From Podarcis bocagei (lineage: Eukaryota): DNA of 64,000 bases. The DNA lies in assembly GCA_964188305.1 (NCBI GenBank), contig OZ076888.1; one strand, written 5' to 3'. The position numbers were made by a program, and so were the translations under genes. Position 1 is the stretch's first letter. Each line of letters starts with the position of its first letter. The notes beneath the pieces were generated by a model. It was given only the letters and a program-made list of their open reading frames with translations. It was not told the DNA's origin and did no database searches. Shown piece after piece: positions 46,436 to 59,400 of the stretch.

Positions 46436-48263
46436 CTTATGACTTCACATTTCCGATTATAGCCATTACACGTATCAAACGGAAAGTATCTTATGTCAGA
46501 TTTTTTTAAAACTGTGCCTGCCACTGCAGTCCATACTTTGGTAATAAAGTAGATTATATTGGGTATTGTTTGGTAGCCATATGCTGCAGAGGGCAATGCT
46601 TGATGTTCACTGTTCATTTTGTCCGTCATGTACCAAAGTAAGTTTACACTTGCAATGTTATCTCAACCAAGTGGCAACACCTTCCACTTATCACCATACT
46701 TGAATGAAGATTGTACCAAGCTTTTGCTTGTTCACTGCTGGCTTTGAACCTCCCAGTGACCAGAACAAAGTGTTTTGATGCCTACAGGGAGGGTAGCATC
46801 AAAAACCCAATTGGTGCAACCTTCAGGGGCAGCTCATGGAAAGGGTACTCAGCAATTGTGTGAAATGATGTCTTTTGTCACCTGTTGTAAGCTAACAGCT
46901 GAAGTAGGTCTTTATACATAATACTTAGATTCTTACATATATTAATATATTTGTATTTGGTATAGTATTTTTCTATGCTGTAAGGATGTCAGACAGCATT
47001 TCTCTGTTCTTGGCAGGTGCTTCTCTGTCAGATGAAAACCGGCATCATTGGTTTTAGTAACTGAGGTTTGTGATTCTTGCCACGCTTTTAACGATCCGAG
47101 TTTATGATGACTCAAGTGAGGGAACTCAAAATTGTCCCTCCTAAAGGACAAAAACAGCAGAATTGATTTAGTTGTGTTTTTTTTTTAAACTACCAGTGTT
47201 GTCATCCATGTGAACATGACATTAATTTAGCCACGTGGCTGGTCTTTTCTTTCCCCATAGAAAAATATAATAGGCTTGTCTCCCTCTCCCAGAACAATGG
47301 CCCAGATTAAACCTGCTGTTATTCAGTTTTCTCAGAAAAGAAAATTAGAGGGTCACTTCAATACAGGTCATGGCACTTTCCTTTTTTTCAACAATCACAC
47401 TTGAGAAGGGGGCAGTCATCTCCTTCAGTTCTGTACTCGAGGAAAGTACTTGGTCCACAGCTTAAACACACCAAATTTTGCTCCTTAAGCAGCACTTGGA
47501 CATAAAACAAACCACTAACTTGCAAAAATTAGGACTGGGTTTTTAAAGCCCCACTTCTGACAGGCTTAAACAACCCTTGGACCTTGGGCATGTAAGAGGA
47601 AGTGTGGCACTGACATGGGATTGGTATTCTATTTCTGAGGTAGCTGGACCTGTTTCAGACTTGTACTTGAGCTTCTAGGTGCTGCTGCCACCAACAACTG
47701 ATTTTATCCAAATTCTCCCGTACCTCACAAATGAGAGGCTGGGTAGTAGCTTGCTCAGGAGAAGTGGGACACATTGAGCTACACCTTTGCTCTTGTAGAG
47801 CCACTATGTGGCAATTAGGTGCAACCACACCTGGCTGGCAATAGTGCCAAAATAGCGCCTCCTCACACACACCGACAATGTGGTATCAAACCCAGCCTAA
47901 GCACGAAGAGCCAAGCACAGAGAAATGGGTCAACTAGGAGAGGAAGACTGGTGTCAAAAGCAGTGCAGTGCCTACCTCTGCTGAAGCTAGGGGCAATGAC
48001 CAGGCTCTGAAGTGCCTACCCAAACTTTCTGGTTTCTTTTGGAGAGCCAGCCTGCTGTAGACCAGGTCAAAGACAACACCCACATGGGAGTGGTAGCTAA
48101 CAAGGCAATCTTTCCATCTTCCAACAGTTCATTGCTTGGTGACATCCTTCACAATTGTGTATATGTCCTGATAAAAAGCAGCAATTGAGATGGCTCATCA
48201 ACATGTCTCGTCTTTGCACATCAAACTATATCACACCACACCAATACTGATATAAAAGAAATG

Positions 48264-48269
48264 TTTAAT
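48264..48269 (-). terminator. Probable distal LCOR poly(A) signal ATTAAA
   Basis: - strand reads attaaacatttcttttatatca then GU-rich gtattggtgtggtgtg. Confidence 0.6.
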
Positions 48270-51200
48270 AAGCGGCAATAAAGTAAGACTCCTTAGGGCA
48301 CGCAGAGTACATACACAATGCATAAAGAGGAAGAAGAAACATGGAAAGAGGCAGAGGTCTAAGCCTCACCTGCAGCCCCACAGTCTGTAACAAGAATGTG
48401 TTCTCTTCCACTGGTGAGTTAATAAAGCACACAGAAAAATCATGGAGCTGTCACAAAAGTAATGGCAAAGATTTAATACAATTTCCATGGTAAAGTAGCC
48501 CTAAGTATTGTAGGTGTGTCAAACGGGTAGGAAGCCACTGAACAGAACCTTTATTCTTATATACATTTTCAAATGTTACTCAGGTGAGGTATATAAATAT
48601 TACCTAATGACACATTTTACCAACAATTCACAGCAGACACGCTCTTCTTCTAAAGTCACAGCATTTCCCAGGGCCCTGAAGGGAATGAGGCTCCAACTTA
48701 AGCCTTCAAATACCCAACTCATGATCACACACTGGGTTTGGGTGATGTGCACAGTACCAGACCTGAGGGAAGGGGAATAGAGAGAACAGACCCCCCCAAC
48801 ACACACATTTGGTTCATCATATGGGGAAGGTAGGAGTCTCTTAGACACAGCAAGTAAAAATATCTGTGCAACACAGAGTGAAAAATGAACTGACTATAAA
48901 TCAACACAGGAAGTGCAGAACACACCTGCAGTCTTGTTGAGTGCTGTGCAACACACTGATAGAGGTTCATTCAACTGGGCAGGAGGTTATCCTAAACTTC
49001 AAGAATGCCCTTGTGGAAAGGTTGCAAGTCTACCCCCCCCCACCTCGTTTAACAACTTCATCTGAGAATTGAGGACTTTTACAATGGATATAGGCAGGGC
49101 TGAAGCTTTTCAGATGGCAGAAGGAGGGTGCAAGCAAAGCAACAAGTTTTCTGGAGCTACATTAGGAAGCTGCATTGCCATGTTTTCCATAGAAAGAAGA
49201 GAGGGGTGATGGGTGGGAATTCTGAATGGCCAAGACAAACAAGAAAAAACAAACCCTTAGGAACTTCCACACAAGCCTAACTTTAAAAAATATGAGATAA
49301 TCACAAAAGAGACATTCAAAATAAGACTAATACAACACAGGAGGGAGCAGAGAGCATAGAAATACTTAATGGTCCAAAGTAATATAATAAAATAAATTCA
49401 GGGAGACAGAGAGTAAAAAATGGGGCCCTGGACTCTTACAGCAGCTGGAAACATGGGAAGTGATGAATGATTGGCTTAATCTAAAAAAAGGGGGGGTGAG
49501 CACAGGAAACATCAAACACACAACACAAGAGGTGCTGGTTAGATTACAAGAGTTAGCTATAAATGATGCTTAGAGGGCACCATCACTTCCTCCATGTATG
49601 CCACTGGCATTTCTCCCATCCTATCCCCAGCAAGAGCTCCCCTTAATTCAGTATCCCTGAGTCCACCTGCCCAGGTGAATAAGCATGCAGAGATGTTGAA
49701 GCAAAATATGTCTCTTTCTCTATGTGGCAAGGCCAGTGAAGAAGGGCAGTCTTCAATGAGATGTGCACACACATTTACACAAATATCCCCATAAGGACTT
49801 AAATATTAATTTGTCACTGAAAACATTATTACTAAAAATTCTTATTGCTCACATGTACTGTCTCCAAAGATGCACGTGACAAGGCGGGCTGCCCAGAACT
49901 GTACTTTGACTCGCTTCCACAGAAAATGAGATTTTAGATAACCCATGTAATGCTTTTACTCGGTGTTCTAAGTAATGTCATCAGCCAGGGCCTGGGCTGC
50001 TTCACTTCGGATTGCAGGCGAGAGCTCACATGATTGAACACTCTATCATATGAAAACATTCTCCCACATGCAAAAGCTAGCATATCGGGGAGGACAGGCT
50101 AAAACAATTCACTCCGACCGCTTGCTTTCTATGTGAAAGGGCTTTTAAATATGGAGTATTCAATTATGTAAGTGTCATTAATATTCATTTGTCTATTCTG
50201 GGTATAGCCCAAATGCAGCTTCAATGGGAATTAAGTCCTTGATTTTGCAGCATAAACTCCAGGCCAGATGCCAGTCCTTCTCCCCCGCCCCCCCAATGTC
50301 CAATTATTTTTGCAGCAGGAACCCCCCACCCACCCAAAAAACCATACAACCGGTACATTGCAAACCAACAGCACACCCAAGACTTATTAGCACAAAGTAC
50401 AGGAAATAAATATTTTAAAACTATTTACAGTATTCTTCTAGTTTTTGTGACCACCCAGGAAGAAAAGGCAGCAATTACCCTGCACCTAGGAAAGCATTAC
50501 AACCGCTAGCTGGATGCTATGTTAACACAGCACCTACTATATATATTTATATATAAACACACATATACATATATGTATATATTCACATTGCATTTTAAAA
50601 TCACACACAAAAAGCAGATCCTTAAAAAACCTTTGATAAGCATTACAGTGTAAAAAGACCCACTTAGGTAAAAGGTCACACACGGGTAACAAAACCCATT
50701 CAGACTCCACTCATTTCCACTATTTCTGTGAGAAACAATTCTTAGGGCGACACTTCAAGAGGGAAGGGTTTTTAAGAAGAGGCCAGAGTCTCCTATACCT
50801 GCAAACCAAAGCTCCTGAGTTCATCTTAGACTAGATAGGAAATTTTTCAGCAACCTAGCTAAATGCTGGGGGGGGGGGGGAAATACAAAAGAAACTAACT
50901 GGCAACAGGAGAGCAAGAAGAAGGCTTAGGGAAGAACATACAAGTGTCTCTTCATTGAGATTATCTGTGCCAGGAAGATGCCGCATGGAGATTATCTCTG
51001 TGCAGGAAAATAGCATGCATGAAGTGGCCCAAGGCAGTTTAACCCCTCAAAACCCCCTATGATCATATATGGGACCTTTCAGAAACACAGGGACCTCGCC
51101 CAGATAGGGCCATTCCATGAAATTCAAGAGCTAGGCAGAGCTAGATCAGGTGTGCATGTAGCAGGGAAGGGAGCAGTGGCAGATGAAGTCCAAGCAAGGA

Positions 51201-51784
51201 CAGAGGTGGGATGTGTGAAAGACTAGGGAGGCACTGGTTTGTAGGCCATTGCATAGCATCATCAAATATCTCGTATCTGCATATTTGTTTCTATTTGGTG
51301 GGCATGTGGGAACTGAGTGAAGAGAGTTATATTTATAGCAACATTTTCAGAGGCACTCACAGATTTAATGAAGTCCTTTTTCAATTTGTGGAGGAATTCA
51401 ACGTAGCACTAAGGAGATTATTCTGTCAACACAAGCATTTCAGTTTTCCAGAAGGAACAATCTCCCTTCTCCCTCCTCCGCTTGCTGTCAATTACCCTGA
51501 CACACAGCCCTGAGCCAATTTGGGAGGCAGGGAGGAGAGGGGCTAAAAGCCCTGTTGCACTCACAGAAGACCTTGTGCTGGCTCCTGCTGTGGGACTCAA
51601 TAGTTGAATCCAGCCCAATACTTTACATTTCCCTTTGGCGCAAGTTAATTCCCCATTGCTCTGCTGTGCTTCCTGGTGATGAGGAAGAGTGGTACCAACA
51701 CTGATTTCTGCAACAAAAAGAGAAGCAAGGTACTGGCTACCACCTTTAAAGAGGACAAAGGCAGAAGACTGTCTTATCAAAGCC

Positions 51785-51880
51785 TCTGCCAAGCTAGTGT
51801 CATCTAGATGTTTTGGCTAGGGCAGATAGGAGCTGCAGTCCAAAAAATTGGGTGGGCAGCAGGCTGGCAAAGGCTGCCTT
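51785..51880. mobile_element. Short degenerate MITE in the LCOR 3'UTR
   Basis: tctagatgttttgg...ggagctgcagtccaaaa...ggctggcaaaggctg; similar to the element at 63813. Confidence 0.45.
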
Positions 51881-51994
51881 ATCACATGAGGCTACAAATG
51901 GAACAAGGAAATGACTCTGGAGAGAAAAAGATCTTTTCAGCAGCTTCTGATTTAGAAGATGAATAGGAATAATTGTCCAGGATGTTGCAGCTCA

Positions 51995-52018
51995 TAATAA
52001 TAATAATAATAATAATAA
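51995..52018. repeat. (TAA)8 microsatellite
   Basis: Direct reading. Confidence 0.9.
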
Positions 52019-55000
52019 ATGATTAGTGATAAGCCTCAGTAACAGTTTTGTGCAGCTTAAATATTCCCCAGACATAGAATGGGAAAAGGGAGATATCATC
52101 ATTATTCTTACTACTACAAAGCAAAACCCTATGCATAGTGACAGTAATTATGTCAGGAGGAAAGAGCCATAAATAGCATTCCTGCAGGAGCCACCCAGAA
52201 GCTATGACAGAGGAACTGTCCAGAGCTAAAGTTGCTACAAAAGTTTCTCTAAGCATTGTGTGCCCTGCACCATCAATCCTTAATAATGTGCACAGAAGTT
52301 GGGGCTTTCCCTTAAATACAAGATAACAGCCTTCATTGAAAATTACTGAAAGTAGTAATACTCTCAACCACAGGGAAAGAAAAGCACTGCACACTTGACC
52401 AAGAAAAAGGCTGTTGAGAGAAAATGGAAGACAACTAATGGAAGATCTTTTTGTGAAGAACGTCTAGTTTGTCTCAACAAGAAGGGACGGCAAAGGGCCA
52501 GATTTAAGGAGATGAGATATAAAGAGATGAGCAACAGGGCAAGTTATGGGGAATTCTCCACCATACCATCGGGGGGAAGAGGGTCTCTTTTCAAACACGG
52601 TGTGTGCTACAGGAGAGGCTAGGATTCATGATGGTCCATTGCATCTGATGGAAAGAAACAGTACAGAGGCTGGTTTTATCCAATAAGCAAAGCCATCCAC
52701 TCGCTTCTAGGAATGCCCAGGTAGCATGGAAACAAGAAGGTGCAAACCATCCCACTTTGACTATACTTGTGAACAGGGGTTTTGCGACAGTACTCACTGG
52801 TATCACCTCTTTTTTGCTGCCCATGGCAGCCATCTTGTGCTGACACCCACCCCACCTTTATCAAGACATGATACTTCATTTTTAACCCCCACAAAAAGCA
52901 CTGCCTTTAGACCATTTTGGCAATGGGGCCCAAGATGCTTAAGCAGTAGAACCTGCCAAGCATGTAGAGAGGAGCAGAACCAGAGCCACAGTTAGAGGTT
53001 GTCACTATACTGAGTAAGCCTATTACAGTCACAACCCAGGGCTTCTCCCCTTACTCTCGCAATTCTTTTGCTAGAGAGCAGTAACAGGTTAGACCAAGTT
53101 TATAACATCACCAGGCCATAGCAACTGTACTACTGCAGATAACCATTGATTCTGGAAAGAGCACCTATTTTTGCTGCAGAAACCAACAAAGCAAGATTGC
53201 ATTTAACAGATGACACACACTCCTTGCAAAAGAAGAAAAGAGAAAGAAAGACAAATGCTGAAGAAGTGGATGGATGGGAAACAGTGTGCAGGAATTAAGC
53301 CCCTGCAAAGAGAAGAGCCCAACCCAAGAAGGCTGGTTTCCAAAGTTATATCTACTGGAAGAATTAAGAGTCAAGTTCTCACTATCACAAAAGTGGGTTA
53401 CAGGGCATCAAAGGGAGAGGAAATGGCCTCTTTGCAACTTACTTAGTGGACAGCATACCAGCCTGGCATGTTGGTGACATAGTGTCACTTGCATGACGTA
53501 AGGACTGATGCACAGAGCACAGTCTGAAGAATGCCTCCCAACCAGAAGGTAGCTTTGCTTCAATATAAATCATACTAAGCTATCACCATCAGAATTTATT
53601 TTAAAAAAACAACTCTAAATTGCTTTAAACTACTTTGCTCACTTCTCTTCTCTCCTCCCCCCCCCCCCCAAGCTTACACTAGTCTATTGTCTACATGGCA
53701 AAGGCTTGCCTTGCCTTGCCAGAAGCCACTGGTGCTAGAACCTGGGATAAATCAACCACTGGACCAAACTCTCTCCAGACCTCACCAAAACACTGCAAGG
53801 CCTGGTCACTGTATTCCAACTTCTCATAGGCAACCTTGCAGAAAAGGTGGGAGGGGCAACTGTGAAGCTCTCAAATGCTACAGAGGGCTTACAAAGGGAT
53901 TCTCTTAAGTTACAGACCACACAAGAAATGGGAAAGCAGAAAGGTGTAGAAATATTTTATTAGCAGTGTTGGGATCAGAATCAGTAGCCAAAAGTACCAC
54001 AAGGTGCTCGGCCACCCAGCAGTGTGTTAGGAAGCAGCCCTGGGTTGAGGGAGCAGGAAGATTTTACACCTATCTGGATGGAGGCGTTTGAAGTTGGAGA
54101 AAAGTAGAGGTGAAAAACCTGACACGCTCACTCTTTCCTCTCACTCACACATACATACTCACGCACCACACTTCCTTAAATACCTTTTAATACTCCTGGT
54201 GGAATGTCTAGCACATTTTATATGTGCAGTTCAAATAGCAATCAGACAAATACGTATCAATCTTTACAGAGAATGCTAGGCCTGACTTAATGCTTACAAC
54301 AATTCATTTTATACAGCATGATTTACATCAAAAGACAGAAGTTAAAAATCAATGATTCAAAAGTATTCATACAAAAAGAGTCCACCCTGATGTGTCTTAT
54401 AGCTTTAGTGCACCCTCTCAAGACACAGACTTGGGTAAGCAGGTGAGCAGGAGGGCTTTGCAGTTCCAGGCGCTGCCTCCCAAATCTCTTTGATCAATGG
54501 AACAAATTATACAGCTAGTTATTTGTGTTCTGCCTGCAGTAATGAGCTTTGGTATAGGAGTGCCAATGCTAACGCACCCTCCCTCCTTTAAAAAAACGAA
54601 ATAAAACCAATTTCCTTGCACCTAAGCCTTGTTCTTGCTCCCTAAAGAGTTTGCCTTTCCTTTTATTCTACAAATCCCTCACCAACTGGAAAGACTGGTT
54701 CCAGCCAGTTAATATAATAATGTGTAAAGATGTGTTTGAGTACGTCGATCTCAGATGGTATCCATGGAAAGCTATTCTGAAAGGTCAAGCCATTCGAAGG
54801 CCTTCGCGGGAAGCTCCTGGGTGCCACGCACAGCAAGCGAGAGGAAGTTTGCACAAGTTTCTAAGCAAATACCTCTGCCTTTGTTGTGATTTAAAGGAAA
54901 ACTATGGAAATAAATAAAAGGCTGCTTTTCTCTCCAAGCCCAGAGTAGCAGCAACCACTGTCTGTCACCCAGCAGATGGGTAGCACAAAGTACAAGGGGC

Positions 55001-56414
55001 AGGGAGTTTCCTCTGAGAAAAAGGCTGCTTCCAAATGCTGTCAGATCCAAAACAAATGTTTGCACTGAGAAGGGGACTGTTTGCCTTTCTAATAGGTGTT
55101 CGTAGAAATACCTTGTCTGAAGACAGATACTTCTTGACCTTTACATAATGCATTGATTAAACTTGCAAGGTGAGGCCTTGCAAGGGAGAGAGAAGCTTGC
55201 TTACTCTTAAGCTGGAACCAAACCACACTTGCAAAAGGACCAGATATTTCTAGTTGCTTCCTTGTCTGCAGCCAGCATTGCCTCCTTCTTATTTTAATAA
55301 CAATAATTTTAAAAATCTTTTTGACATACGGCAAACAGGGAAAGATGAAAAAAGAACTTGCAGCAACTGCATAGAAATCATGTAAGTTTACAGCAGAGAA
55401 GAACCTCTGACTACGGGCGCTTTCCAACATTACTTTTTACAGACCCACAAGATGCATGGAAGCTTCACTTTGGAATGGTTTTTTGTCCGTCTATTTCACT
55501 GCTAAGATGTGCTTTCAAGTACCCATATTTCAGGGGTGTTCAGGCCTCACAATAAAATGGACAAGAAGACCACCATTCTGAAATGCATCCAGGCTGCATT
55601 TGAGGACACGGGCCCGAAGGCGCCCGCCTGTAAACAACCATGTCAGAAGTGGCAGGCAGTGTGCATGTACTTAATAGGGAAGGGCTCTCCATCCAAACAA
55701 GCGGTCCAGTTCCTTTCTTGGCTAAGTACAAAGTTGGCCTAGCATGGCTGCCAATCACTGACGCTTCGGAATCAGAATCTTTTTGACACGAGAGCAAGGC
55801 TACATTACAGCCAAGCCCCAGTTACACAAGACAGTCCAACTGTTCATACCTTAACAACAACACACACCATTCTGACTGACTGACTGACAGGATTAAAGGA
55901 TGCAAATGCTTTGGGTTTTGGCTTTATAATGCCCTGCTTGGTTTAAACAGTGCCAGGATGCTACAATGCACAAAAGGAAGAAAATGCTCCTGTGTGAACC
56001 CCAGCAGGTGGGCTGCCAAGGTCTAGGGGATGTGCATGAAAGCTGGTTCTCTTTCCATCACAGTTCAAGTGCTTGTGCGTTAACTATAAACTGCCAGCCT
56101 TTAAATCACACAGATTAATTTATTCAGTTCCTAAAAGGATAAATAAGGCACTGTACTCCGAACTGAAACTGCCAAACTCCTAGTTCCACTCCAGGAGCTT
56201 TCAGAAGCAGCAACTTTCCTTCTCAAGGGCAGAGAATAATAGCTTCCCCTTCTGGCTGCAAGACAGCTAGGGGGCTCCTCATCATCTGAGAGCGGGGGGT
56301 TGGCCTTCGGCTAAACACTTGCATCCCTCCCCACAACGTTCAGAAGTGGGTCTGTTTAATGCATTAGGAAGGATTTCCATGACCCACCTCCTACCCACCC
56401 CCAACCCCAGCCGG

Positions 56415-59400
56415 TTACTTTGCATCCAGACACCTGCGTTTGCTGGGTGAAGAGTCTTTGCTTGCCCTCAGCTTCCTCTTGCCCTGGGCTGTGCTGCTCT
56501 CCTGAATTCGCTTCATTGACCTAGTCAAGGCTTTGCCACTGCTTGCCTTTTGGGCAGCCACTTTGGGAGGCCGGCTGCTGGAGTCTCGCACCACTTTCTG
56601 CTTGGGAGGCAGACTTGCCTTTTGACCGGCCTTGGCTTTCCCCTTCTGGACGGGGGGCTTCCTTTTCCCAGGTCGCAAGTCATTCAGCTTCTTTGCCTTC
56701 TCGTTCCCAGACGCAGGCTTATGACTCTTGTCGGCAGCCGCCTGCTTCCTGGTAGCAGGAGGCCCTGCAGGCTTCGGTTTACTGGCTTTCTTAAGAGGAA
56801 GCCTTTCTTTGCTCGAGGTGCTCAACAGCCTCTGTGACCTGCTGCTCTCGGTCGGCGACTTCTTCTTGGTTTGCTGAAGGTGGCCTTTGGATGAGGTGTC
56901 CTCCTGTACCTTGCCTTTCGCCTTTCGCCCCTTCCCTCCTCTTTCAACCAGGCTTGTCTTAGTCGCAAGTGGGGGTGCTTGGACCTGCTGGGCCAGTTTC
57001 GGAGACACCAGGGGCTTAATGCACAGGCTCTTGCCGCTCGGCTTGCTTTCAGCAGAGGGGTGCTTGGTCACGCTGTCGTTCTTGTCCTGCTTGGCCACCT
57101 TGCGTATGGTGTTGAGTTTGCCTCGCAAGTTGGAGTACTTCCTCAGGATGCGAGAGCTGGTTTGCACAGGCGTGCTGGGAGGCTGGGCGCTCTTGGCTTC
57201 GGCTTTGTGCTCCACGCTTACTTCGGAGGGAGGCGTCTGCTTCGAACTGGCAGCCTGCTCGGGCTCTTTGTCCTCAGAGCCCTCTCGAAGCTTAGCCCAC
57301 AGCCTCTGAATCTTGATGGTGTTTTTGGCCGGGGTCATAGCAGCAAACTTCTTCAAGTGTTTCTTCAGGCGCTCAGCTTGAAGGGAGCTAGGGTAGCTGC
57401 CGGAATAACAGCCCTTCTGGAGTGGAAGCTTGATGAGGGGGATGTCCCCTGGGAGACGTGTGTTCATCTTCTTCACAATGACCAGAGACTTGGTTTCAGT
57501 GGTCTCCATAAACCACTTGCAGATGTTGGACATGTCAAACCCCTTCATGAACAGCATCTGAACTGGGGAGAGCTTCTGGCCTTCCGTGGGCCCTTTTAAT
57601 TTGCGGGTCCTCTTCTTGCTTTTCCAGATCTCTTTCAGTTTGTCGGATTTATTCTTGACCTTTGGAGCTGGCTGAGCCTCTTTCTCCAGCTGAATCCACC
57701 CTTTCTGGACCTTCATGTACTGAGTGTTAAAGTTAGTGATGAGTTCTTGGTTCTCTTCCTCAGCACACCATTCCACAAAACTGGGCTTGTTGTCAGAGAG
57801 CACTTCCATGCTACTGAAGCCAATGGTGTCTTCACTCTGTGCATTTTCTTGGTCTGTGACATTAGAGCCTGCTTGTATAGTCACAGCATTAGAATCTCCT
57901 TGTACGGTTTCTTTTCCAGAAGTGTTTTTGGAGGCAGTGGCCACAGGGGTTGGGGCAGGGGTGTGCCTCAGGTTGTAGAACTGGAGAGCTGGCTTCTTAG
58001 ATTTTACCGATCTCTCTGGTGGTACAAGCTTGCTTTCACTCCTGCTAACAGAACTGGGCCCATGCTGGGTGTGAAACTCCTCTGTAACCTCCATTATACT
58101 GTCAAAGTTATCTGGAGTGCCTGATGTCAAATCTGACTGCTTTTCACCCTTGTCATAGGTCTCTGCTGAGACACGAACACTTCTCCTAGCAGAATCACCC
58201 TCTAAGCAAATTTCAAGCATTGCCCCTGCCTTTTCCTTGTTTCCTTCTCCATTCTGGTCTTCCTCTACTATGGTCTTTTTCGCTAACAGTGTCTGAGAGG
58301 CCTGTCCCATTGTGATGTCATTTCTGTCACCTGGCTGCTGCTCAGAAGAATTCCCAACGTTGTTTAGCAGTGTTTCATGGAACCCGTCATTTGGGAAACA
58401 CAGCGATGCTGTACCATCAAGTTGCACCTCCCTCTTGAAACGCTTAGCAGGGCTCTTAGAAAGCTTGATCTGAACTTGAGGAAGCTGTAGAGACATGGAA
58501 GAAGTTGATTGCTCAGGACTATCCTCTGCAGATGACAGGGATTGCTGGCTTCGAAGACAGCGATCGGATACAACCTGAGGTTTTTTCTCCCGCTTTCGTT
58601 TTTTGTCCGGGCTTGTTTTGGAAAAAGCTCCCTCCTTGTTGTCCACTTCTGATGTTTGGGGCACTGCTGGAGCTTCGCTATCAAGTTCCTTTCCATCATC
58701 CACCTTGCTTGTTTCACTTGTATCTTTTACTGTTCCCTCTCCCCAATCTTCATCATTATCTGCAACAGGCAACACAGTCTCACTTTCCCCAGAGTGGATT
58801 CCACCTGAGTCCAGAATCCCTTCAATGCTATTTTGAGTATTAATACTTTCATGTGCATCTGCACCCTGCAAGCTGCCAGGGAGCTCTGCAGCATCCAAGT
58901 CAGAAAGTGGCTGTGAGAGCTCCATATCTAACTTGCCAGGTCCCACCACTGGAGATTCTATAGAAGGAGCCCCTGAAGGAGCTTCTAGGTCAATATGGGC
59001 AGGAGGCTCAGACACCACAATGCCAGGAGACACTGACCTTGAACTGGCAACAGGCTCCCCTGGACACATACGCTCTGGGATAGGAGGGAGTTCTCCAGGG
59101 AGGGCTATGGAAGGCTCCAGACGGACAAGGGCGGGAGGTTCTGCCAGGTCTATAGGGGAAAGAAGTGGAGGTTCCACATCGGAAGGTAGTTCTACAAATG
59201 GTGGCAAGTGTTCAACAGGGGCAGGCTCCTCCAGTGGAGGCATCAAGTCCATTCCAGGGGAAAGGTCTTCAGGGGGCTGAAGGGCCATGCTGTCAGGAGG
59301 CAAGTGGTCTGGAAGAATGGAAGGCTCAGGGGTAGCCTCGGTCTCTGAGAACATGGCACTTTCCTCACCACTGGCAACCTCTGAAGCAGACAACACCACA

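Larger units (their letters stand above)
48248..56414 (-). other. LCOR: LCOR/PALI1 long 3'UTR (inferred, about 8.2 kb)
   Basis: Repeat-poor, U-rich on - strand, ends at an ATTAAA with a GU-rich downstream element. Confidence 0.6.
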
